Source: Octopus sinensis (Eukaryota). Taken from it: DNA of 64,000 nt. Shown here piece by piece: positions 52,757-64,000 of this stretch. Under the pieces are notes generated by a model. It was given only the letters and a program-made list of their open reading frames with translations, was not told the DNA's origin and made no database searches. The stretch lies in assembly GCF_006345805.1 (NCBI RefSeq), contig NC_043006.1, positions 44,888,001 to 44,952,000 of the forward strand, given 5' to 3'. A program made the translations under genes and the position numbers. The stretch's first letter is position 1. Every line of letters starts with the position of its first letter.

Positions 52757-53286
52757 TTGGGTTGTCCGGAAAGTTCGCGCCGATTTTTAAAGGAAAGAAA
52801 ATGGTCAACCAAATATGAACCATTTTGTTGCACAATGTGTCTCCATATTTCCTTTAACTTGAAACTTACCAGAATTGAGGTGGTTTCACGACAAAGAATT
52901 CATCATGGTATCTTTTTACGTCGTCCAAGGAATTGAAATTTTTACCTTTAAGACTATTCTGCAAAGACCTGAATGAGTGGAAATCCGAAGGAGCAATATC
53001 TGGTGAATATGGAGGGTGGGGTAACACATCCCAGCCGAGCTGCAGCAATTTTTGTCTGGTTCCCAAAGCATCAAGTGCCGAAAAAGAACTTTCTTATCTT
53101 CCATTTTAAAGGGTTACATAATTAACACAGGTTATAGGAACATAAACCTTCCTCCACGAAAAGATAGCTTAAACTGTGCTCAAAAAGGAAGTGTAGTCAA
53201 ATCCTCTTTTATGGACTCAACCATGTTCTAAAATAAGTCGAAAGGTAAGCTGCTATAAATCGGCACGAACTTTCCGGACAACCCAA
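52757..53286 (-). mobile_element. Internally deleted mariner (DD34D) element, copy 1
   Basis: TIRs ttgggttgtccggaaagttcg / cgaactttccggacaacccaa; TA...TG flanks; WDVLPHPPYSPDIAPSDFH. Confidence 0.92.
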
Positions 53287-54001
53287 TGCAATAGCCACTA
53301 GTACAAAGTTATTTTAGTAGGTATTAGCTAGTTTTCTAATTCACAAATAAAAGACAAACATAAATCCAAACAACAAATGCGTTTTCGTTCTATTTTAGAA
53401 ACAGTGGAATTGGGTGTATGGCAATTTGTTTTGTATGGTACAGTAGTCATCTAAGTGTAGTAAAATAAAAATATACAACCGAGAGAGAGAGAGAGAGTCG
53501 AAGTTTATTCATTTTAAGTAAGATATCGTAAAGCTCTGCAAAGGAAGAGATGGAAGCAAAAGCTTAGAAACCAAGGCGGAGATAAATATTTAAAGAAAAC
53601 AGATTTGCTACCTGATGCAAATCTAATGACCTTGATTTATCAAGCACATCGCGTACCTGGTCTTGTTAATGAACTTAGTGACATTAACCCTGCCAATTGA
53701 CTAGATTGAGGCGTTATATCTGTACAGGGTGCGCCAACAAAATACAAGAAATAAGAAAAAGCAGAAAGCATTCATGAAAACAACTATTATACACCCATTT
53801 AAAAAAAAAACTCACACACGTTAAACAAGATACATAAAAGAAATGTGTCATTCTACAAAACACAGCATTTCCAGGATCAACCTTGAAGCGACTTCATGCT
53901 GGGATCTCGGCCATGATGATATCTTCCAAAGAGTCCTAGGTACTGAGAGGCCGCCGGTCGGTCAACCCTAACGATACCTCAGATGTAACCAGAAACTCAT
54001 A

Positions 54002-54415
54002 GGCGGCGAGCTGACAGAAACGTTAGCACGCCGGGCGAAATGCATAGCCGTATTTCGTCTGCTGTTACGTTCTGAGTTCAAATTCCGCCGAGGTCGACTT
54101 TGCCTTTCATCGTTTTGGGGTCGATAAATTAAGTACCAGTTATGCACTGGGGTCGATATAATCGACTTATTCCGTTTGTCTGTCCTTGTTTGTCCTCTCT
54201 GTGTTTAGCCCTTGTGGGTAGTAAAGAAATAGGTATTTCGTCTGCCGCTACGTTCTGAGTTCAAATTCCGCCGAGGTCGACTTTGCCTTTCATCCTTTTG
54301 GGGTCGATTAAATAAGTACCAGTTACGCACTGGGGTCGATATAATCGACTTAATCTCTTTGTTTGTCCCCTCTGTGTGTAGTCCCTTGCGGGCAGTAAAG
54401 AAATAAGAAATAAGA
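54002..54415 (+). mobile_element. SINE family B tandem dimer (full copy plus 5'-truncated copy)
   Basis: The second unit restarts at ggtatttcgtctgccgctacg immediately after gtaaagaaata. Confidence 0.85.
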
Positions 54416-55059
54416 AACTCATATGGTGTGAGTCACATCATGGAAAGTTTTGGTTAGTTACTACCGGGTAGCGACAACCTTCTGAAATGAAACCGAATCA
54501 CGGCGGAACATACCTCCCTGAACGACACATCCGTGAACGACACATCCGTGAACGACAAATCTGTGCAAACAATGGCATTGTGTATGTGTAAGAGCGTGTA
54601 AGTGTGTTTGTTTGTGTATACTCATGTTGTTTGATAGAGCTAATTTAGTTTTGTTCTATTTGTTGTAGAGTGTCTCCTGCTTATTTTTGTACATGTAGAT
54701 CACATCATGTGATTTACCCCCTCCCCCCACAATCCATTTACTGGTGTTCGTTCTTTATAAGCATTTGGATTTCACTTCCGAGAGATTATCGTCATCAGAG
54801 GGCTAGAATGCTAAAAACTACAAATAAAATTGCAGGATAATTTATGCCCTTGTTTCTTCTCTTATGTCCGTCGACTTCGATCCAGCGAATACTCGACACA
54901 CCAGCTCTTATACGCAACCCTCACTCCTGAAAAATTCCTTTCCCAACTTATACATACGCAGAAACCTGCTGCCACGGAAACAATCTTTATTTAAACTTCA
55001 TTTTAGAATGTGATATTTTCTCTGTTCATATCTAAGCTCCACTCTTCCACCATTTATAG

Positions 55060-55330
55060 GTATCCTTTGAATGTCAGTAACAAAGGCTACCAATTATTCT
55101 ATCTCAATGTCGTCATCTCTCACTCTTCAAAATATGCTAAGCAAATTCCTCTACTCCTCTCCAAACTTCTCGAACCTCCAACAGCTCTTTGGCAATATCT
55201 CTTCACACATCAAGGACATTGGTATTATCGTTTATGCTGATCTACAATGCAATGGCATTCAACAGACACGAAACCTTTACATGTTCTCTCTATCTGAAAT
55301 CTTCTTCAAACTACACCATAACGTCTAAAT
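55060..55330 (+). mobile_element. Old LINE (CR1/L2-like) fragment
   Basis: SSHIKDIGIIVYADL resembles the KDLGVIVDSDL thumb motif; weak. Confidence 0.35.
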
Positions 55331-57683
55331 CTAAAAAGCAAGAAAGATGAAGCTTGCCACAGCACCGTTTATTTTCTCGCTTGTTGAGTGTTAGTAACAT
55401 TTAAATTGAAATCAAAATCAGTCCCTAAAGATGAATTCTGTTATCAAACTCACAACCCTTAAAACACTTATTAGACACCATAGACCTATATTAAAAGTAC
55501 GTTCTTTTTTTCCTGTCATAAAATTATGAACAAAAGTTTGGTGGAGGAGGAAAAAATTGGTTAAAAGTAAAAAGATGTTAACCAATTCTTTCTCTGCCAC
55601 GGAACTTTGTTTATAATTCTATCATACGAAGATAAAAAAAAAATACATTTAATATCGATCTGTGGAGCGCAGTAAGTGTTTCGAGGGTCGTGATTTCGAT
55701 AAAAAGTTACATCCGCCGAAATCGACTTCAACTTAAATGCTATTTATAAATGCTCAATAAGCAGAAAGTATCTGGACTTGCGTCAAGCGGGAAAATAAAC
55801 GGTGCTGTTACACAATGTTTTGTTTCATTCGGTTTTAAATGTTACAATGTAGTTTATTCTTTTACTTGTTTCAGTTATTTGACTGCAGCCATGCTGAAGC
55901 ACCACCTGGAGGATTTTAGTCGAAGAAATCGATCCAAGGACTTATTTTTTAAGCCTAGTATTTATTCTATCGGTCTCTTTTGCTGAAACGCCAAGTTACG
56001 AGGACGTAAACACACCAACACCAGTCAACAAGCGGTGATGGGAGGACAAACACAGACACAAAGACACACAGATGTATACATACATGCATAGACCCATCCA
56101 CATCCACACACATACGTCAGGCTTCTTCAAGTTTCCGTCTACCAAATCCATTTACAAGGCTTTGGTCGACCTGAAGCTATAGTAGAAGACAATTGCTCAA
56201 GGTATCACACAAAGGGACTGAAACGGAACCATGTGGTTGGGAAGCAAGCTTCTTACCACATAGCTACCATAGGCTGTTATTTCATGTGTGCTGATCAGCA
56301 TAAACGGTAATTTCAACAACGGACGCTTTGGATTGGTTTAAATTATATAATTTTAAATATTTATAACTCTAATATTATTTTCTAGAGAAAAAAAACGAAT
56401 GCGATTTCCGTCAGCAGCATGCAAAATTATATCAACTACATATTTTGTCGACCCCGAAAGGATGAAAGATAAAGTAGACCCCAGCGGCGTTTGAACACAG
56501 CTCGTAAAGTCGAGAGAAATGGCGCTAAGTATTTTCCCGGGTGCCGCAACGATGCTGCCAGCTAGTCGCCTTAGTTAAATCTAAAATATCAGCTAATATC
56601 AGAATGCATTTGCAAGGTAGAACTATCTGGAAACAGTTACTCTGCATGCAGCAACTAAGAATTTCTCTCTCTCTCTCTCTCTCTCTCCCGTCTCTCTCTT
56701 TGTCGATTGTTAAACTACTATATAAATACAACCCGAGTAAAGTATCCAAAGATTTCTTGTAAGTTTGCTATATATGTTTTTTCTGTTTCTATTCTCCACC
56801 AATTTCTGCCACTGACACATTTTGTCATTTCCGAATCATTGCTACTTTGAAATTTATCCAGGCTTTTTCTTTTCAGAATCCAAGCGAGAGACAAAACTGT
56901 TTTGTTTAAGCGAAAACATCCCTTTATGTATGTATGTATGTATGTATGTATGTATGTATGTATGTATGTATGTATGTGTGTGTGCGTGTATATGTGTGTA
57001 TGTACGTACGTATGCATGTTCGAACGTCGCACGGTTAAACCATTGGGAGTGAAGGACCCTTAGCCTTTGTTAGGGCATCCTTCAAGGAGAAGGCAACTCA
57101 GGTAACTGGGATAACTCCGACGTAAAACCTGCGGCTCAGTGGTTACCGATGATGTTGACTTTTTCTTCTTTTTGGATTATGGCTGCTGTTGAGTGGGATT
57201 GACTCAGTGCACAGCCTTTCCTCACTTAAAAAAAATCTTCTTGCATAGGCATTGCACGATAACAACACTGATTGATTGATTAAATTGATTAACTAATTCA
57301 TGATTGTTGATAGTGCTGTGAGTCTCAACAGAATGGCTGGCTGTAGCCTTAAAAAGCAAATAATCAATGCTGTACCAAAACAGTCAATGGATGTATGTAT
57401 GCGTGTAGGCATGCATGCACGTGTGTATTTATGCATGTATGTATGCATTATTTATGCATGTATGTATGCATTTATGTATGTACGTATGAATGCGTATTGC
57501 AAAACAATAGACAATTACAACATAATATACTTTATGAACAAATAGTTTGAACTTAAAATCTATTTCAATCGATTTGTTGCAAAATTGTTATATAACGAAG
57601 CTTGCAGTAAACTGATGTTTATTTTATTTTATTTAATTTATTTATGCATTTATTTTAGTTTATCTTATTATTTTCGGCCTTAC

Positions 57684-57787
57684 CTGTAGCAGTTGTGTTT
57701 GAACTTATTATAGCTGGCATAAGCAATATGCACTCCAAAACCAGCTCCAACCGAAAAATAAATTTGAACTGCAGCGTCAATCCACAC
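57684..57787 (-). CDS. SLC6 exon (104 nt), TM6: [34 protein letters not shown](R)
   Basis: Acceptor ttttcag|, donor AG|gtaagg, phase 0-2. Confidence 0.95.
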
Positions 57788-58405
57788 CTGAAAAGAAAAA
57801 AATGAAAATTTTAAACGTTGGGAGTTGATTGCATGAAGAGGGATACTATCAAAACCTGTCTTTTATTTCAGAATATATTTAATAATTTAAATTTCAAAAA
57901 GAAGACTGAAGAAACGTGGGAACGCTTAGTATCGTCATTGAACAAAGAATAAACGTGATAATTAGTGAAAAACGTCACCCTTTTCAAACTTATCCAGGCT
58001 CATGAGCCCGGTTTCCCGGTTTCTGAGGCGTATGTGTTCTCCCCAGCTGGACGGGACGCCAGTCCATCGCAGCGTTACTCAAGAAAGAGGAAGAGAGAAT
58101 GAGAGAAAGTTGTGGCGAAAGAGTACAACAGGAGTCACCACCACCCCCTGCCGGAGCCTCGTGGAGCTGTTAGGTGTTTTCGCTCAATAAACACACACAA
58201 CGCCCGGTCTGGGAATCGAAACCGCGATCCTCCGACCGCGAGTCTGCTGCCCTAACCACTGGGCCATTGCGCCTCCACGATAATTTGTGAAGCCATCAGT
58301 AACTCAAGACTGAAGTGTCCAGATATTAAAAGTGATACAGAATTAACAAACGTCCCTCTTTTGAAGCTTAGTTTTAGTATTTATTAAAAAGAGAGAAATA
58401 CACAC

Positions 58406-58540
58406 CTGGAGGTCTCCTAGTCTACTGGTGTTCGGTGTAATGAAATAACGAACACCTTTTGCAGCTCCAGGTAGCATAACTCCACGGATGAGTAAAATAG
58501 CCAAAACTATGTATGGCAGCGTTGCAGTGATATATACGAC
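58406..58540 (-). CDS. SLC6 exon (135 nt), TM5: [45 protein letters not shown]
   Basis: Acceptor tttcttctcag|, donor CAG|gtgtgt, phase 0-0; inside ORF 58343..58603. Confidence 0.95.
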
Positions 58541-58996
58541 CTGAGAAGAAATAAAAAAAACGGCATCATTTACAACATCAGATAAAAACAACATTGATGT
58601 CAACTAGAGCAACGAGAAAAGCAATAATCTGGTTATAGTATGCGGGCATAATGAGGCGTCGTTTTAAAGGGTTTTAGCTTAACAAATTGACCCCATTACT
58701 TGTCTGCTTTGAAGTCCGGTGCTTATTCTAACGGTCTTTTTGCCCAACTGCTATGTTACAAGGGACACAAACAAATAAACACTAGTTTTAGAGCGTGGGG
58801 TGTCAAACACAGACACACACATTGGCAGCTTGCTTACCAATCACATGGTTCCGGGTTCAATCCCACGGCGTGGCATCTTATAGTCTTCAATAAACGTCTT
58901 CTATAGGTGGCACCTATAGTATTCTACTATAGCCTCGGGCCGACCAAAGCTTCGTGAGTGGATATGGTAGACGGAAACTGAAAGAAGCCTGTCGTG

Positions 58997-59032
<36 letters not shown>

Positions 59033-59724
59033 ATATAATATATATATATATTATATATATATATATATGTATATTGGCCTGCTCGCTTAGCCAGCGGGGT
59101 GGCGTCATTTGTAGGCTAAAACAATGCGAAGCGCATTGTGACCAGTGATGTGTAGCAACATCTGATAGCCTGGTCGGTCACGTGATCACGTGATATATAT
59201 ATATCTGTGTGTATGTGTTTATGTGTGTTTCCTCCCACCTAACATCGCTTGACAATTAATGCTGGTGTGTTTACGTCCTCGTAACTAAGCGGTTCGGCAA
59301 AAGAGACCTATAGGATAAGTACTAGCCTTACAAAGAATGAGACCTGGGGTCAATTAGCTCCACTAAAAGCGGTGCTACAGCATGGCCGCAGTCAAATGAC
59401 TGAAACAAGTAAAAGAATATAGATATATATTGGATAAAGATCATCTTCGGTCATGAATGACCAAGGAGTTACATCTACAAAGTTACCTTCCGAGGCACAA
59501 GTCCGGGCAAGTTGTCTATGGAAGACCAGCGGTCATCCATGTATACCAGCCGTCCCTATCTAGGCCAGCGATTTATCCAATGGGAACTCAAAGGCCGATA
59601 AAACTGGCCGAAACTTCGAAGTCACTGTCAAAAAGAATAAGTCCCGGGATCGAGTTGCTCGATTAAAGGCGATGCTCCAGCATAGCGGCAGTCAAATGAC
59701 TGAAACAAGTAAAAGGGTAAAAGA

Positions 59725-59795
<71 letters not shown>

Positions 59796-59825
59796 TAGCA
59801 ATATATATATATATATATATTCTAG

Positions 59826-59875
59826 CAAAAACTGTCTGATGAACGGCAACGAGAAACTCAGAGTAACAGATTTTG
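59826..59875 (+). ncRNA. Minimal type I hammerhead ribozyme motif
   Basis: caaaa-a-ctgt CTGATGA a-cg-gcaa-cg-a GAAA ctc-a-gag TA acag-a-ttttg: canonical core, stem I 4+5 bp, GNRA-capped stem II (first pair A.A), stem III with a 1-nt loop; predicted cleavage after 59865. Confidence 0.7.
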
Positions 59876-59971
59876 TTGAATTTTCTGCTGCTTAAAATAA
59901 AGCATATTACTCTACCACTGGTATTTGAGTACTCTTTTTTCCACCTTGTTTCACATTTATGTGTTTACTCC

Positions 59972-60036
<65 letters not shown>

Positions 60037-60244
60037 ACTGTTATCTTTCCCTTGTTTCACTCATCAGACTGCGGCAATACTGGAGCACCGCGTAGCAGAA
60101 TCTTATTGAAGGGAATCGACCATAGTATTTACATTTGTTAAAGCATTGTACTTATTTTATTTGTGTCTTCTACCGAACCGTTAAGTCAAGGAAATAACGT
60201 TGTCAAGCGGTGGTGGTGGACAAAGTCACAAAGACGCACACACA

Positions 60245-60303
<59 letters not shown>

Positions 60304-60923
60304 CACAAAGGGGTAAGTCAATGACATCGATCTCAGTTCTCAACTGATACTTATTTTATCGACCCCAAAATAAAGAAAAGCAAAGTCACCCTCGGTGGAA
60401 TAATCAACATTATAATATTGTTCCAATATTATTTCGCTGTGTGGTTAAGAAGCTAGTTTTAAAGCAACGTACTATGGGCTACGCAGCACCTCAGGTAAGT
60501 GCCTTTTTTCTATTGCCTCGGGCCGATCAATGCATTGTGAGTGAATTTGGTAGACGTAAACTGAATGGAAACCCGTCGTATATGCATTCATATATATTCA
60601 TTGTGCCACACGGATGAATTACAGCAGAATTTAACATTAAAAAAAAATTCAACCATGTTATTACGCATAATTTTATATTCTACCTCTACTTTAGATTTGC
60701 CAATTGCGAGGAGATTTTGAATTATGTGACAGGAGGATTTCAGCTGCTTTACACATAGCAAACATGCATGACACGAATATAGATGTTAGAAGCAAACTTA
60801 CGACTGTTTTAGATACCACGTTTCTTTTAACGTGACATCTCTTCCACTTGACGGCATTGCAATTCATCTTCGTCGAAAGAAATGAAACTATTTTAACAAT
60901 AGCACACCAAACATAAAACTTAC

Positions 60924-61062
60924 CTTTCCTGAGCTTTTAACACCTTTCCATAAACTGAAGTAGAGTATAATAAACGTGGAGAGTGTACAGAGGGCTAACT
61001 GCCATTTTATGTATCCTAGGTCATCGATACCGGAACTGTGATGAAGACTGAGTGTTTCACGT
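60924..61062 (-). CDS. SLC6 exon (139 nt), EL2-TM4: (E)[46 protein letters not shown]
   Basis: Acceptor cgatag|, donor AAG|gtaagt, phase 2 to 0; not in the ORF track. Confidence 0.95.
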
Positions 61063-62265
61063 CTATCGAATAGTTAATGGAGAATAGAAAAAATACGCAT
61101 ATAAATATATATTTATACATATACACACATATATGTGTGAGTGTGTGTATTCAAAGTGCAATGATATCTGATTGCGTGTATGTGTGTAAAATGTATAAGG
61201 TTTCGCCTATCAACACAATGAGCATTTTTATGTAAATATACAAAAGTATGATAATATACAATACGTTCATACATACATACATACATACATACATACATAC
61301 ATACATCAACAAAAGTGAAGGCACTAAGTTGGTTAGCCACATATGGGATTTGGAAACTAACTGCACACTACATGCAAACGAGTGGTGAATAGTAAAGAAA
61401 GCCATTCCATATTTAAATGGATTTAAAAAATAAATACAACTTATACATAGCTGAATGGTTGCACATCCGTTTTAGATCCTCAAATTTCACCACACCACTT
61501 AATTCCAGATCAAGAATTTTCAACAAATGTAAGCATATGAACAAATTCCTTTTGGCGAACTGGAGGACACCAGCCTCTCCGGATCGAGCAGCTGCCTTGC
61601 ACATTCAACCCCGCTCCGCTGAATTATTCTACAAACATCTATTTTAATAATGATGTTTACAGTCAAAAGGGACGCAAGTTTAATTTTCTTTTCTTTTTCC
61701 ATTTTTATTCAAACTTATACTTTTTGCATCAACTTTCTTCTCCTGTCTCGTTTATTCTCGTGATTTCTTATGTACCAGGGTTCTGATTTTAAAAAAAGAA
61801 CAAACGATGTACTTAGAGCCTGGAGATTGCTCAGAGACACAAAGCATGTTATAGAAATTTACTTAGCCTCGTGTCTCTAAAGCAAGGACTTATTACTAGG
61901 TTTTATCGTTATACAATGTAAATAATAAATAAATGCGCCCTTTTAAAGCCTAATCAGGCTCATGGGCCCGGTTTCCCGGTTTTAATGGCGTATGTGTTCC
62001 CCAGCTGGACGGGACGCCAGTCCATTGCAGCATTACTCATCTTTGCCAGCTGAGTGAACTGGAGCAACGTGAAATGAAGTGTTCTGCTCAAGAATACAAC
62101 GCATCACTCGGTCCAGGAATCGAAACTACAATCTTATGATCATGATGCTGACACCCTAACCACTAAGCCACGCACCTCCGCTTATACAATGTTCATTAAA
62201 TGATATCTATCGCTCATTTGGCGGAATAACTTGATCTTACCTTAACGGAACAGTGAACTATGCCT

Positions 62266-62317
<52 letters not shown>

Positions 62318-62697
62318 GCGTGTGCGTGCGTGCGTGTATGTGTGTGCTAGAAAAAGAGGGGATTCAGGAAATCCAGACGAATATTTCAATTAGCGCACCA
62401 TGCAAAATCCAAGCAGACAGGATGTTTAGTAAAGAAAAAAAACCCATCCAATAGATCCAAATTAATCCACTCAAACTGAAAAACTAGGAAATATTCATCA
62501 GTCTCAGAATATGAAATAAAACAAACAAAGGAATAAAGATATAGATATCACATTTATTAATCAGTTAAGATCGTTTCAATAACTGGTGGAATTGTTACAT
62601 CAATCAACTTGCTAGATTATACATGCACAAAGATTATGTAAGTCCGTATGATATTTAAAGACAGTCCCTACCACTCATGGTCTCACGACAGAAAATA

Positions 62698-63263
62698 TTG
62701 GGTTGTCCGGAAAGTTCGTGCCGATTTTTAAGGGAAAGAAAATGGTCAATAAATACTTGCCATTACATTTTTAATCAACCAAATATGAACCATTTTGTTG
62801 CACTATGCTTCTCCATCTTTCCTTTAACTTGAAAATACCCTCTTACCCGAATTGAGGTGGTTTCATGGCAAAGAATTCATCACGGTAACTTTTTACGTCA
62901 TCCAAGGAATTGAAATTTTTACCATTAAAACTATTCTGCAGAGACCTGAATAAGTGGGAAACCGAAGGAGCAATATCTAGTGAATATGGAGGGTGGGGTA
63001 ACACATCTCAGCCGAGCTGCAGTAATTTTTGTCTGGTTCCCAAAGCATTAAGTGCCGAAAAAGAACTTTCTTACCTTCCATTTTAAAGGGTTACAGAATT
63101 AATACAGGTTATAGGAACATAAACCTTCCTCCACAAAAAGATAGCTTAAACTGTTCTCTAAATGGAGGTATAGTCAAATCCTATTTTATGGACACAACCA
63201 TGTTCTAAAATAAGTCGAAAGGTAAGCTACTATAAATCGGCACGAACTTTCCAGACAACCCAA
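62698..63263 (-). mobile_element. Internally deleted mariner (DD34D) element, copy 2
   Basis: Same TIRs, TA TSD on both sides; closely similar to 52757-53286. Confidence 0.92.
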
Positions 63264-63794
63264 TACTTTTGTACATAGATAGAGTTATTAATACTGTTAA
63301 TGGGAGCGGGGCTTTGAATATCTTAAGCGTTGCAGCAGCTAGGTTGGCTTATCTATAGAGGTGCATAAAATAAAAGAATTAAATAGACAGAAAGTTGCCT
63401 GAACCCCGATATAAGATTTATTGTGATGTCAAAGTCACAAGTGCAAACATATCAAAGAACGAAGTTTATAGTGAATCATCTGAGAAGTTTCTTTTTTCTA
63501 TACATACTTTGTGAGCTGTGTAACTATTGAGTTCACTGGAAGAAATGTTTAACTTAATTACACGGATCCCCCCAACAGCTGTCTCTTTCGATGCATAAAG
63601 AAATATATGGATTCCTAACTACTGGTTGTATGTTGTCACCTTAATTCGCATTACAAATACGTACTCTCTCTCTCTTTCCCTATCTATCTCACTCACACAC
63701 ACACACACACATAATGAATGCATGTATCTATGTTTTATTACTCAGCATGTATCTGTCTGAATATCAGCTCAGTGAAAAGAGATATATACCACAC

Positions 63795-64000
63795 AAATGA
63801 AAGGAACCTCTGCTGAAAGTGTGGGAAGAGGGTCGAGAGTGTGACTCACATTTTAGTGCTTGTAAAAGTCTTGCACAGAAAGAGTACAAGCGCAGGCGCA
63901 ACAAGGTAGCGCAGAATCTTTACTGGCTACTATGCCGGAAGTATGGATACAAGGTAACAGGTGCTTGGTATCAACATGCACCGGAAAAGGAGAAGGTAAA
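63795..64000 (+). mobile_element. R4/Dong-like LINE fragment (CCHC knuckle region), cut by the window end
   Basis: CGKRVESVTHI..ACKSLAQKEYKRR.NKVAQNLYWLLCRKYG. Confidence 0.75.

Larger units (their letters stand above)
27213..61062 (-). other. SLC6A2/SLC6A3-like: Gene span (5'-partial): SLC6 Na+/Cl- dependent monoamine transporter, dopamine/noradrenaline/octopamine-transporter-like
   Basis: Eleven GT-AG exons join in frame from EL2/TM4 to the stop (one inferred across the N gap). Diagnostic peptides: [95 protein letters not shown] at the C-terminus. The N-terminal exons (TM1-TM3) lie beyond the window end. Confidence 0.93.

Noticed and set aside
54760-54815. CTGATGA-cga...tcg-GAAG on the minus strand
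   Set aside because: GAAG instead of GAAA, and no convincing stem III or stem I.

Overview
AT-rich eukaryotic genomic DNA, dense in microsatellites and repeats. The SINE/LINE content and intron style suggest a cephalopod, most likely Octopus (inference, no search run). Two spliced protein-coding genes lie on the minus strand, and most of their exons are missing from the ORF track. (1) The 3' part of an SLC6 monoamine transporter of the DAT/NET type: 11 coding exons from 61062 down to the stop at 27213, one of them partly lost in the N gap at 50950-51049. Exon lengths match the vertebrate SLC6A2/SLC6A3 layout as I recall it, including a 24-nt terminal exon (TSHWTAF*). (2) An apparently complete 3-coding-exon gene (14893 to 10494, 408 aa) for a secreted protein with a signal peptide and two MIDAS-intact VWA domains. 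The rest is mobile DNA: Penelope-like fragments, hammerhead-ribozyme-like motifs, R4/Dong-like RLE LINEs inside (TAA)n tracts (one triplicated as a 689-bp tandem), a HERO-like LINE with a 46-bp flanking duplication, Tc1/mariner/Tigger/hAT remnants, several tRNA-derived SINE families and many foldback elements. Nearly all other ORF-track ORFs are microsatellite or repeat artefacts. I see no rRNA, true tRNA or CRISPR array. All alignments were done by eye.
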